64,000 bases of DNA from contig CALUTJ010000003.1 in the NCBI GenBank assembly GCA_944323685.1, positions 67,342-131,341 on the forward strand. The letters run 5' to 3'. This document shows, piece after piece, positions 1-7,918 of this stretch. The notes under the pieces were generated by a model. The model made no database searches and had not been told where the DNA came from. It saw nothing but the letters and a program-made list of their open reading frames with translations. How positions within the stretch are numbered: the first letter of the stretch is position 1; every line of letters starts with the position of its first letter. Origin of the DNA: Candidatus Gastranaerophilales bacterium (GTDB lineage Bacteria; Cyanobacteriota; Vampirovibrionia; Gastranaerophilales; Gastranaerophilaceae). Position numbers and translations under genes: made by a program.

Positions 1-806
1 TTTTCAACAAACTCGGAAACTGCTGTTGCACCGTGTCTTTTGGACAATTTGCTTCTGTCCGGCGCAAGAATCATACCGAGGTGTCCGAATTTCGGAACTT
101 CAGCACCGAGTGCGTTATAAATCATAATTTGTTTTGCAGTGTTTGAGATGTGGTCTTCGCCTCTTATGATGTGAGAAATTTTCATCTCCATATCATCAAT
201 AACAACCGCAAAGTTATATGTCGGTGTTCCGTTTGATTTCATAATAACAAAGTCGCCGATTAACGAGTTGTCAAAATGCAGATGACCTTTAACCATATCA
301 TCGTAGGATGTTTCGCCTTCAGGTACGTGGAAGCGGATAGATGGTTTGCGACCTTGTGCTCTTAATTTTTCTTTTTCTTCTTCTGTTAAGTTTCTGCATT
401 TGCCTGAATATTTGTGAGGTTTTTTATTTTTAATGGATTCTTCTTTTTCAGCGTCCAATTCTTCCTGTGTACAGAAACATTCGTAAGCATAGCCCATATC
501 CATAAGCTTTTTAGCATATTTAGGATAAATGTCAAATCTTTCTGATTGTTGATAAGGACCGTACGGGCCGCCTACATCTGGGCCTTCATCCCAGTTTAAG
601 CCGAGTGCTTTTAAGCTGTCATAAATATTATCAATATAAGCCTGAGAAGAACGCTCTAAGTCTGTATCTTCAATTCTTAAAACGTATTTGCCGTGATTTT
701 TCTTTGCAAAAAGATAGTTAAATAAAGCAGTTCTTGCTGTACCTATATGTAAGTTGCCGCTCGGTGAAGGAGCTATTCTGACTCTTACTTCGCTATTTGA
801 TTCCAT
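1..806 (-). CDS. gltX: glutamyl-tRNA synthetase, N-terminal part (C-terminus beyond window start)
   Basis: Own translation of minus strand from ATG 806-804: MESNSEVRVRIAPSPSGNLHIGTARTALFNY... Contains HIGH-type (HIGT) and KMSKS-type (KLSKR) class I motifs. GGAG lies 7 nt upstream. Frame is open to position 1. Confidence 0.9.
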   Translation of the reverse strand, partial: MESNSEVRVRIAPSPSGNLHIGTARTALFNYLFAKKNHGKYVLRIEDTDLERSSQAYIDNIYDSLKALGLNWDEGPDVGGPYGPYQQSERFDIYPKYAKKLMDMGYAYECFCTQEELDAEKEESIKNKKPHKYSGKCRNLTEEEKEKLRAQGRKPSIRFHVPEGETSYDDMVKGHLHFDNSLIGDFVIMKSNGTPTYNFAVVIDDMEMKISHIIRGEDHISNTAKQIMIYNALGAEVPKFGHLGMILAPDRSKLSKRHGATAVSEFVE

Positions 807-930
807 ATTAAATCTCCGTTTCTTTATTAACTTACGTTTAATTTTACATCAAACAATAAAAGTGATAAAAACATTTTGTTATTTTTGACAAACCCACCTA
901 AAGTATGAGAGATTTCTAACTTTTTTAGAA

Positions 931-956
931 TTAAGTTTTGCCGCGTCAGACGATAT
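931..956 (+). promoter_or_regulatory. sigma-28 (FliA)-like promoter candidate for flagellin
   Basis: TTAAGTTT-N10-GACGATAT versus enterobacterial sigma-28 consensus TAAAGTTT-N11-GCCGATAA. Match is 7/8 and 6/8 (7/8 if the final A/T is allowed), with the spacer one nt short. Lies 243 nt upstream of the flagellin ATG. Confidence 0.4.
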
Positions 957-987
957 TATATGAGTGTGGACAACGTGTAACAGTTCA

Positions 988-1147
988 CAGTCTAAACAGG
1001 TTAGATGATTTTTCGTTAGGAAAAATTATTCAGTCTAAACAAATAAAAGAAAAATTGCGGCAGCGCTCTTTTCCCCATAAAGATGCCGTTTCGTCAGGGT
1101 GTTTTGTCCTGACGGTGTCGTGATTGAAGAGTATTACAGTCTAAACA
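988..1147 (+). repeat. three direct copies of 11-mer CAGTCTAAACA in the flagellin leader (988-998, 1031-1041, 1137-1147)
   Basis: Exact 11-mer read three times within 160 nt. A fourth copy is at 7348-7358. Confidence 0.8.
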
Positions 1148-1158
1148 ATCAACGCTAT

Positions 1159-1170
1159 TTACAAGGATGT
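1159..1170 (+). promoter_or_regulatory. CsrA-binding-site-like sequence in flagellin 5' leader
   Basis: TTACAAGGATGT matches the SELEX CsrA consensus RUACARGGAUGU at 11/12 positions. A second GGA lies in the SD (AAAGGAGA, 1185-1192), about 17 nt downstream. Confidence 0.45.
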
Positions 1171-1198
1171 AGATAGTTTTGCCGAAAGGAGATCAAAA

Positions 1199-2047
1199 AT
1201 GGCAATTATCGTTAACACAAACATGTCTGCATTAAAGACACAACGTAACTTGAATGACGCAACCAATGCAATGAACAAAGCAATGGAAAGAATGTCAACA
1301 GGTTACAAAATTAACAGCGCAAAGGATGACGCTGCTAATATGTACATTGCAACAAACCTTGATGTTCAAATCAGCGGTTCAAAAGTTGCAAAAAGTAACA
1401 TCACAACTGCTGCTAACATGTTGAGTATCGCAGAAGGTGACTTAGACGTTATCCTTGATAACGTTACACGTATCAGAGATTTGACAGTACAGGCCGCTAA
1501 CGGTATTTATGATGAAGATTCCATGCAAGCAATGAAAGATGAAATCTCTGCCCGTATGGCTGAAATCGACCGTATTGCCGAATCTTCAAACTTCAACGGT
1601 AAAAAACTGTTAGACGGTTCTATGGGTGATGTAAGACTTCAAGTTGGTGCTAACGCTGACGAAGCTGCAAACTGTGTAACAATCGAAGAAGCAATTTTTG
1701 CTGATTTCCACTCAGGTGAATTAGGCTTAGATGCAGGTGCTATAGATACAAGCTATCAGAGTGCCGGAGCAGCAGCAGCTTACCTCGATACAATCGATGC
1801 AGCTATTGATACAATCAACACAGCAAAAGCAGCAATCGGTGCTACAGGCAACAGACTTGATGCAGCAACCGAATCTTTGACAACAACTATTGAAAACATG
1901 ACAGCTGCTCACTCAACCATCATGGACGCAGATATTGCGGAAGAATCAGCAAACTATGTACAACAGCAGATTCTTCAACAGACTGCATCTTCACTTTTGG
2001 TTCAGGCCAACGCACTGCCTCAAATCGCATTGACGTTGATTCAATAG
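1199..2047 (+). CDS. fliC: flagellin
   Basis: N-terminus MAIIVNTNMSALKTQRNLN...MERMSTGYKINSAKDDAA and C-terminus ...ILQQTASSLLVQANALPQIALTLIQ are the conserved flagellin D0/D1 segments. AGGAG RBS; followed by a strong terminator. Confidence 0.95.
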   Translation: MAIIVNTNMSALKTQRNLNDATNAMNKAMERMSTGYKINSAKDDAANMYIATNLDVQISGSKVAKSNITTAANMLSIAEGDLDVILDNVTRIRDLTVQAANGIYDEDSMQAMKDEISARMAEIDRIAESSNFNGKKLLDGSMGDVRLQVGANADEAANCVTIEEAIFADFHSGELGLDAGAIDTSYQSAGAAAAYLDTIDAAIDTINTAKAAIGATGNRLDAATESLTTTIENMTAAHSTIMDADIAEESANYVQQQILQQTASSLLVQANALPQIALTLIQ

Positions 2048-2123
2048 AGTCAGGGATAAGTAATCTGATAAAAAACATCAAAAAATTTATAGACAAATTT
2101 ACTATAATAGGTGATGGCAACTT

Positions 2124-2157
2124 GCCCGAAGGTTTTCAAAATCTTCGGGCTTTTTTT
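2124..2157 (+). terminator. rho-independent terminator of flagellin
   Basis: GCCCGAAG-loop-CTTCGGGC followed by TTTTTTT. Confidence 0.85.
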
Positions 2158-2850
2158 GCGGATTTCCGTACGGACGACACGACCGAAGGGAGTTAGTCCG
2201 GGGAGCGAGGTATGAAGTGAGCACTTGCGTAAGCAATGTGAACGACAATACCGAGCGAGAAGGAAATCCAAGACGCGGATTTGCCTTCTTTTGCCGTTGA
2301 GCTATAGCGAAACGTGCAAAATGGCTTCACGAAAAAATCATTAGTGTTGCTTGTCTTTATTAATCTGTAAATAGTGAATAGTGCGGGCACGGAGTCGAGG
2401 CTTAAAAAGCCGAGCGAGTGCCCATGTGAACAAGGTTGATGGAGTTGAGAATTTTTAGAATAAAAATTCGAAACGGAATACTAAACCTTGTGAACGCCAA
2501 TAATCCAAGAGGCTGATTTCCGGACGGGTGCAACCCGGGGAGCTAGGACATCGAGCTGGCTTGTGCAAAGCACAAAAGGTGAAACTATCCGAGCGAGAAG
2601 GAAATCCAAGACGCGGATTTGTCTTCTTTTGCCGTTGAGTTATAGCGAAACGTGCAAAATGGCTTCACGAAAAAATCATTAGTGTTGCTTGTCTTTATTA
2701 ATCTGTAAATAGTGAATAGTGAATAGTGCGGGCACGGAGTCGAGGCTTAAAAAGCCGCGCGAGTGTCCATTTGAACAAGGTTAATGGAGTTGAGAATTTT
2801 TAGAAATAAAAATTCGAAACGGAATGCTAAACCTTGTGAACACCAATAAT
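2158..2850 (+). repeat. tandem duplication of a ~340-nt GC-rich structured unit (conserved cores 2251-2504 and 2589-2850)
   Basis: Hand alignment: the 254-nt core repeats with about 9 substitutions/indels (one is a 7-nt GAATAGT duplication). Divergent ~85-nt linkers both begin GATTTCCG. Contains several perfect hairpins. Confidence 0.85.
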
Positions 2851-4466
2851 TAAAGATTTTTTAAGTCTTTTTGTGCGCTTAAAGTAACCTGTTTTACCCC
2901 GAATTTTGATTTTAAAAATCCCAGCATGTTAGGAGTCAAAACATTCGCACTGCAAAAAGGAAGATAAATATTTTTCACCCCTAGGCATCTCAAATTGAAC
3001 AAATGAGATATGGTATGTAGATTGCAGGTCGTGATAAAAACGCTCACGGGGAATTTTTCAAAATCAATTTGTTTTTTAATATGAGATAATATTTTATAAA
3101 TCAAAGAAGAGTTAAAAAATGAGTCAAAGCTTAAAATATTGTCATTTTTAGAGGTCATGAGTGTGCTTATTACAAAATAATCAGACGGCAAATATTTTTC
3201 CAGCTCATTAAAATATTCGCTGCGCAAAGCCGCGTGGTTTAACAATCCTATAATTATAAGGTGTTTTATTTCTTTATTTTTTATTTTTTCAATAAGCCTA
3301 TCTATTTTTTGCATAACCGCATCTTCGTCATAACCGACTTTTATGCTTGTTATGCCTTGATTATTGCTATAGCCTTCGTTTTCTGAGGCATTTTGTATCA
3401 GTTTTGAAAAATCGTTGTTTTCAATACTTGTCATTCCTTTACCTGCGATAAGGTTGGTTGTAAAAATTCTGCCGCGATACAGTCTGTCTAAAAGGTATTG
3501 AAAGTTTCTTATAACAAGTACAGGCCCTTTAAAAGAAGTAAAATCATAATAGACATTATCCAGCGAGGTCTGGTAGTGGCCTTTAAGGTTAGGATAATTT
3601 TTAAATTTGGGGTAAGCGTGTGCGACAATGAGACCATTATGGGTGTAAACGTTTATATCACTTCCTTGCAAAGCTTCAAGAAGATTTTGAAAATCCTTCA
3701 AGTTTTGTCCCGAAACCAGTATGGCTTTGCCTTTGTCGACACCTATCTTTACATCGTTCAGAGATATTTTCCCGTAGTATTTTTCTTTAAACTGATGCAG
3801 TTTTTTATAAATCTGAAAATTTATCTTAGCAAAATCATTGATTTTTCTAAGCAGTTTAGATTCTTGCATAGTTGAAAAATTTAAACTGTTAAACAGTTTT
3901 AAAATGGCATCTTGTTCTTCAGTGCAGTCGTCTGTGTAGGACTTAAGTTCTTCAAGCCTTATGCTCGCGCTTTTTATCAGATTCAATATAATTTCGTAAA
4001 TGTTTTTTACGTCGGTATTTAAAATTTTATTTCTTAAAATAACTTGCTGTTCGCCCTGATTAATTATTGAGGCTATGTTAAATTTTTCAAAATTTATATT
4101 TGATTTTAAAATCTGGCAATCAATATTTTCTTTATCACAAATTGAAACATAAGAATTCTTAACCGCTTCTTTTTCGGCATGAATTTTATAAATCAAATCT
4201 TCAAACTCTTTGCGGTCAAACTCATAGCCGATTATCACAACTGACAGGTAGTTTATGATACTGTTTTTGAGTTTAAGGTTTTCATAGCCGAGTTCTTGCA
4301 TTTTTATGTAATAGTAAGTAATTTGTTTTAACTCGTAAAGCCAGACTTCCATAAGAGAATAAACAATGGGGTCTGCGCTGCAAAAGCCCTCTATTGCGCA
4401 ATCGTTGTAAGACATATTATCTCCGTAATTCAGCCCAAAATTCTGCTCTGAAAATTTGTTAAACAT
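2850..4466 (-). CDS. hybrid-cluster protein (prismane/Hcp) family homologue, apparently lacking cluster ligands
   Basis: GKAILVSGQNLKDFQNLLEALQGSDINVYTHNGLIVAHAYPKF and C-terminal LGVKNIYLPFCSANVLTPNMLGFLKSKFGV align to Hcp motifs recalled from E. coli Hcp. The canonical Cys/His/Glu ligand positions are substituted. Confidence 0.6.
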   Translation of the reverse strand: MFNKFSEQNFGLNYGDNMSYNDCAIEGFCSADPIVYSLMEVWLYELKQITYYYIKMQELGYENLKLKNSIINYLSVVIIGYEFDRKEFEDLIYKIHAEKEAVKNSYVSICDKENIDCQILKSNINFEKFNIASIINQGEQQVILRNKILNTDVKNIYEIILNLIKSASIRLEELKSYTDDCTEEQDAILKLFNSLNFSTMQESKLLRKINDFAKINFQIYKKLHQFKEKYYGKISLNDVKIGVDKGKAILVSGQNLKDFQNLLEALQGSDINVYTHNGLIVAHAYPKFKNYPNLKGHYQTSLDNVYYDFTSFKGPVLVIRNFQYLLDRLYRGRIFTTNLIAGKGMTSIENNDFSKLIQNASENEGYSNNQGITSIKVGYDEDAVMQKIDRLIEKIKNKEIKHLIIIGLLNHAALRSEYFNELEKYLPSDYFVISTLMTSKNDNILSFDSFFNSSLIYKILSHIKKQIDFEKFPVSVFITTCNLHTISHLFNLRCLGVKNIYLPFCSANVLTPNMLGFLKSKFGVKQVTLSAQKDLKNL

Positions 4467-4615
4467 ATATGCATGTTAAACAAATTAAATGTTTTCACCA
4501 TTAACCGAAAGAGCTATTAAAAAATAATTCGTATAACAGCATATTAAGACTATGCGAATATAACAAAATATATAGTATAATTTGTTATCAAATAACAAAA
4601 CAAAAAGGATACTCT

Positions 4616-7264
4616 ATGAAAAATATAAAAAATGCTGCGGTTTTAGTTTTTGTAGTGTTGATAAGCGTTGTTCAATGCGTATTTGCACAGGATTATTCAA
4701 CCTTCAAACTTGATAACGGACAAACAGTAATAATTAAAGAAGTCCACGACAATCCTATTGTCACAATAGATACCTGGATAAAAACAGGTTCCATTAATGA
4801 AAATGATACTAATAACGGTGTTGCACATTTTTTGGAACACCTGTTTTTTAAAGGAACAACCAAACACCCGACCGGTGAGTTTGACAAAATACTGGAATCT
4901 AAAGGCGCAATGACAAATGCCGCAACAAGCAAGGATTTTACTCATTATTACATAACGATTCCGTCAAAATACTTTAATCTTGCAATGGATTTGCATGCCG
5001 ATATGCTTTTAAACCCGCTGATACCGAGCAATGAGCTTGAGAAAGAGAGGAAAGTTGTTATAGAAGAAATTTCTAAAACTAACGACAACCCCGAAAACAA
5101 ACTCTACGAAAATATGATTAAATCACTGTATCAAAATCACCCTTATAAAAGACAGGTTATCGGTAAAAAAGAAATCATTGAAAATATTCCGAGAGAAGAA
5201 ATTCTCTATTTTTATAATACATGGTACAATCCGTCCAATATGATTACTGTTGTTGTGGGCGATGTTAATACACAGGAAGCCTTAAATGTAATAAAACACG
5301 ATTTCAATAAAAAAGAGGCTAAAAAAACAAAACTGCCAGAGTACAAAATAGACAAATATCTTGAAAAAACTAAAGAAGTAACCGCACGTGACAAAGTAAA
5401 AACGGGTTATATGATGATAGGTTTTAGAGGAGTTGCGCAGCAAGACCGCAATGACGGATATGCTCTTGATGTTTTGTCTACTATTCTCGGTGACGGACGT
5501 TCCTCAAAATTGTATCAATCCGTAAAAGAACAACAGCAGCTTGCATACAGCATCGGTGCCGGACACGCTTCAATGAAAGATGACAGTATATTGTATGTAA
5601 GTGCCAACTTTGTTCCTATAAACAAGGAAAAAGTTAAAAAAGCCGTGTTTGATGAAATAGAAAAAATACGCAACGGCAATTTTGACGAAAAAGATATACA
5701 AAAAGCCAAAAGTATCATTGAGCGCGATACTTTCTATTCAAGAGAATCCACCTCGAATATTGCCAATGAATTAGGCTACACAACGCTTGTCTACGGCGAT
5801 TCCAAATACTATGACGAATATATAGAAAACATAAAGAAAGTTACAAAAAATGACATAATAAGGGTTGCTAAAAAATATCTCAACCCCAATCAGGCTGCTA
5901 TTTCAATTATGCTGCCCGATGAATCCTGTCAGGATAACACAAAACCCATAAGCAGTATAAAAAAACATACTCACCCTGATAAACCCGTTCTTATTAAAAA
6001 AGACAAAACAATATCTCAATATAAACTGCCTTGTAACATAAATCTTGTAATCAACCACAATCACCTTAATGATATAGTGGCTATGACTATTTATTCCAAA
6101 GGCGGCAACTACATTGAAAAAAAAGCAGGACTCGGCACGGTAACGGCATCTTTGATGTTAAAAGGTACAAAAAAATATTCATCGCTTGATTTGTCTCAAA
6201 CAATGGAACAAAACGGTATAATAATTGAACCGTCTAACAGCTCCGATATGTTTTCTGTTTCAGTAAAAACTACCAAAAAAGATTTGCCGTTAACGTTTGA
6301 ACTCTTAAACGAAATAGTCAATAACGCATCTTTAGATGACCAACAGCTTGAAAAAGTAAAAAAAGAAAAATTACAGGCGATTCAAAGAAACAGGGATTTG
6401 CCCGTCAATGTTGCGCTGGAAGAGTTTAAAACAGTTATCTGGCAAGGAACACCTTACGGTAATACCGGTAATATTCTCGAAAAAACAATACCGACCATAA
6501 CTCATAAAGATGTGACAGAATATTATAACGGTCTTTTCTATCCTGAAAATCTTGTAATATCCGTTAACGGTAATGTTAATGATAACGAGATAATCAGTGC
6601 AATTACAAATATTTTTTGTGTAGATAAACAGGCAAATGTACAAAAATTTGATTACAATACTTACAAAAATGTGTTCAAACCCTTGAACGCAACTAAAAAA
6701 GTTACAAAAGCAAAAGATGTACAGGCAGCCTGGATTGTAATGGGCTGGTTGACTGACGGAGTTGAAAACAAAAAAGATGTTGCAACTTTGCAGGTTATTG
6801 ATTCTATTTTAGGCGGAGGAATGAGTTCCCGCCTGTTCAACAGGCTGCGTGATGAGCAGGGGTTGGCTTATCAGGTGGGTTCAAGCTTTGCAGCCAATGT
6901 AAATAAGGGGATATTCGCTCTTTATATAGGTACAAATCCTGCAACGGCCCAGCACTCTAAAAATGAGCTGTTAAAACAGGTGAATTTATTGAAAAAAGAA
7001 TTTGTTTCGGACAGGGAGCTTCAAGAAGCAAAAGACAAAATACTCGGCAACTTTATTCTTTCTCAGGAAACAAATATGGAAAAAGCTTCGACTCTGGGCT
7101 GGTTTGAGTTGTCAGGCAGAGGATTCGGATATATAAATGAATTCCCTCAGCTTGTAAAAAGCGTAACAGCTACTGATATAATACGTGTAGCCAACAAATA
7201 TTTTGAACAGCCGTATGTGTACAGCGTGGTTGCTCCGCAAAACTGTTTAAAAAAGATAAAATAA
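4616..7264 (+). CDS. secreted M16-family zinc peptidase (two fused M16 units)
   Basis: N-terminal signal-like segment. HFLEHLFFKGT matches the inverted zinc motif HxxEH. The 882-aa length fits a double-module pitrilysin-like enzyme. Confidence 0.9.
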   Translation: MKNIKNAAVLVFVVLISVVQCVFAQDYSTFKLDNGQTVIIKEVHDNPIVTIDTWIKTGSINENDTNNGVAHFLEHLFFKGTTKHPTGEFDKILESKGAMTNAATSKDFTHYYITIPSKYFNLAMDLHADMLLNPLIPSNELEKERKVVIEEISKTNDNPENKLYENMIKSLYQNHPYKRQVIGKKEIIENIPREEILYFYNTWYNPSNMITVVVGDVNTQEALNVIKHDFNKKEAKKTKLPEYKIDKYLEKTKEVTARDKVKTGYMMIGFRGVAQQDRNDGYALDVLSTILGDGRSSKLYQSVKEQQQLAYSIGAGHASMKDDSILYVSANFVPINKEKVKKAVFDEIEKIRNGNFDEKDIQKAKSIIERDTFYSRESTSNIANELGYTTLVYGDSKYYDEYIENIKKVTKNDIIRVAKKYLNPNQAAISIMLPDESCQDNTKPISSIKKHTHPDKPVLIKKDKTISQYKLPCNINLVINHNHLNDIVAMTIYSKGGNYIEKKAGLGTVTASLMLKGTKKYSSLDLSQTMEQNGIIIEPSNSSDMFSVSVKTTKKDLPLTFELLNEIVNNASLDDQQLEKVKKEKLQAIQRNRDLPVNVALEEFKTVIWQGTPYGNTGNILEKTIPTITHKDVTEYYNGLFYPENLVISVNGNVNDNEIISAITNIFCVDKQANVQKFDYNTYKNVFKPLNATKKVTKAKDVQAAWIVMGWLTDGVENKKDVATLQVIDSILGGGMSSRLFNRLRDEQGLAYQVGSSFAANVNKGIFALYIGTNPATAQHSKNELLKQVNLLKKEFVSDRELQEAKDKILGNFILSQETNMEKASTLGWFELSGRGFGYINEFPQLVKSVTATDIIRVANKYFEQPYVYSVVAPQNCLKKIK

Positions 7265-7268
7265 ATTA

Positions 7269-7305
7269 TTCGGCAAGAATTTGTATTAAATAAATTCTTG
7301 CCGAA
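7269..7305. terminator. hairpin between convergent genes (possible bidirectional terminator)
   Basis: TTCGGCAAGAATTT-loop-AAATTCTTGCCGAA, a 14-bp perfect stem. A/T-rich flanks; the U-tract is better for the minus-strand transcript. Confidence 0.5.
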
Positions 7306-7376
7306 TAAAACCGCAAAAAAAAGCTGTTGAATTAGGGTCCAACAGCACAGTCTAAACAGGGATGATAAAATAAATC

Positions 7377-7769
7377 TCAGTTAACACCGGTATTAGGGAA
7401 ATTTTCCATACCTGATGCACGTTTGTGTAAAACCTCTGCAAGTTCATCGTAAGAATCGATAAATGTCAATGATTTGTCATTCATCATTCTTAAAGTTCTT
7501 TGTTCAAGAGTAGAATTTGTAATTATTGTTTGTATGGGGAAATATTCACAGAATTGTTCAATAACCGACGCAACAACAAAGTTGTACATCTCTGCGTCAA
7601 TTATTATGTAAGAGATTCCTGCTATTTCCAGATATCTTTGTGCAGCTTCGGCATCCGTTACGGAAAAGATATTTTTTTCGTAAATACCTGCTTCAATACA
7701 CTTTTCAGTGATTTCAGCGATAGTATTCAAATCTTTCTGTATTATAAGGACACTTGTTCTGTTAATCAT
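7377..7769 (-). CDS. receiver (CheY-like) domain protein with degenerate acidic pocket
   Basis: 130 aa with a beta-alpha pattern: VLIIQKD..., IIIDAEM. The usual N-terminal DD pair is absent. Confidence 0.4.
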   Translation of the reverse strand: MINRTSVLIIQKDLNTIAEITEKCIEAGIYEKNIFSVTDAEAAQRYLEIAGISYIIIDAEMYNFVVASVIEQFCEYFPIQTIITNSTLEQRTLRMMNDKSLTFIDSYDELAEVLHKRASGMENFPNTGVN

Positions 7770-7821
7770 TTCTCTTCTAAAACCTCTTACAAAGAATTTA
7801 TCGGAATTAAATAAAATATCT

Positions 7822-7839
7822 TTACAACTTTAGTTGTAA
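7822..7839. promoter_or_regulatory. perfect 18-bp palindrome (candidate operator) in a divergent promoter region
   Basis: TTACAACT-TT-AGTTGTAA, between the receiver-like gene (-) and the CoA-disulfide-reductase-like gene (+). Confidence 0.35.
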
Positions 7840-7918
7840 TATCCTCTAAATGGTGTAGCTGATATACTAGCCGTTTTGGCTGATTGTCCGCTGTGATAAC
7901 ACTTTATAAAATAAAGCC

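Noticed and set aside
938-1123. 61-aa ORF upstream of flagellin.
   Set aside because: It starts with TTG inside the predicted sigma-28 promoter and has no RBS. It spans the repeated 11-mers and a hairpin, so it is better explained as the flagellin 5' leader.
1727-1912. Cys-rich 61-aa antisense ORF within flagellin.
   Set aside because: It is an artefact of the reverse frame of the Ala/Thr-rich flagellin coding sequence.
2236-2500. Rex-type operators, suggested by recurring TGTGAAC words in the repeats.
   Set aside because: No properly spaced inverted TTCACAA partner is present. The word recurs as part of the repeated modules themselves.
2158-2850. CRISPR array or rRNA/tRNA fragments.
   Set aside because: Only two ~340-nt units are present, with no short repeat-spacer periodicity. 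There are no cas genes and no resemblance to rRNA or tRNA motifs.
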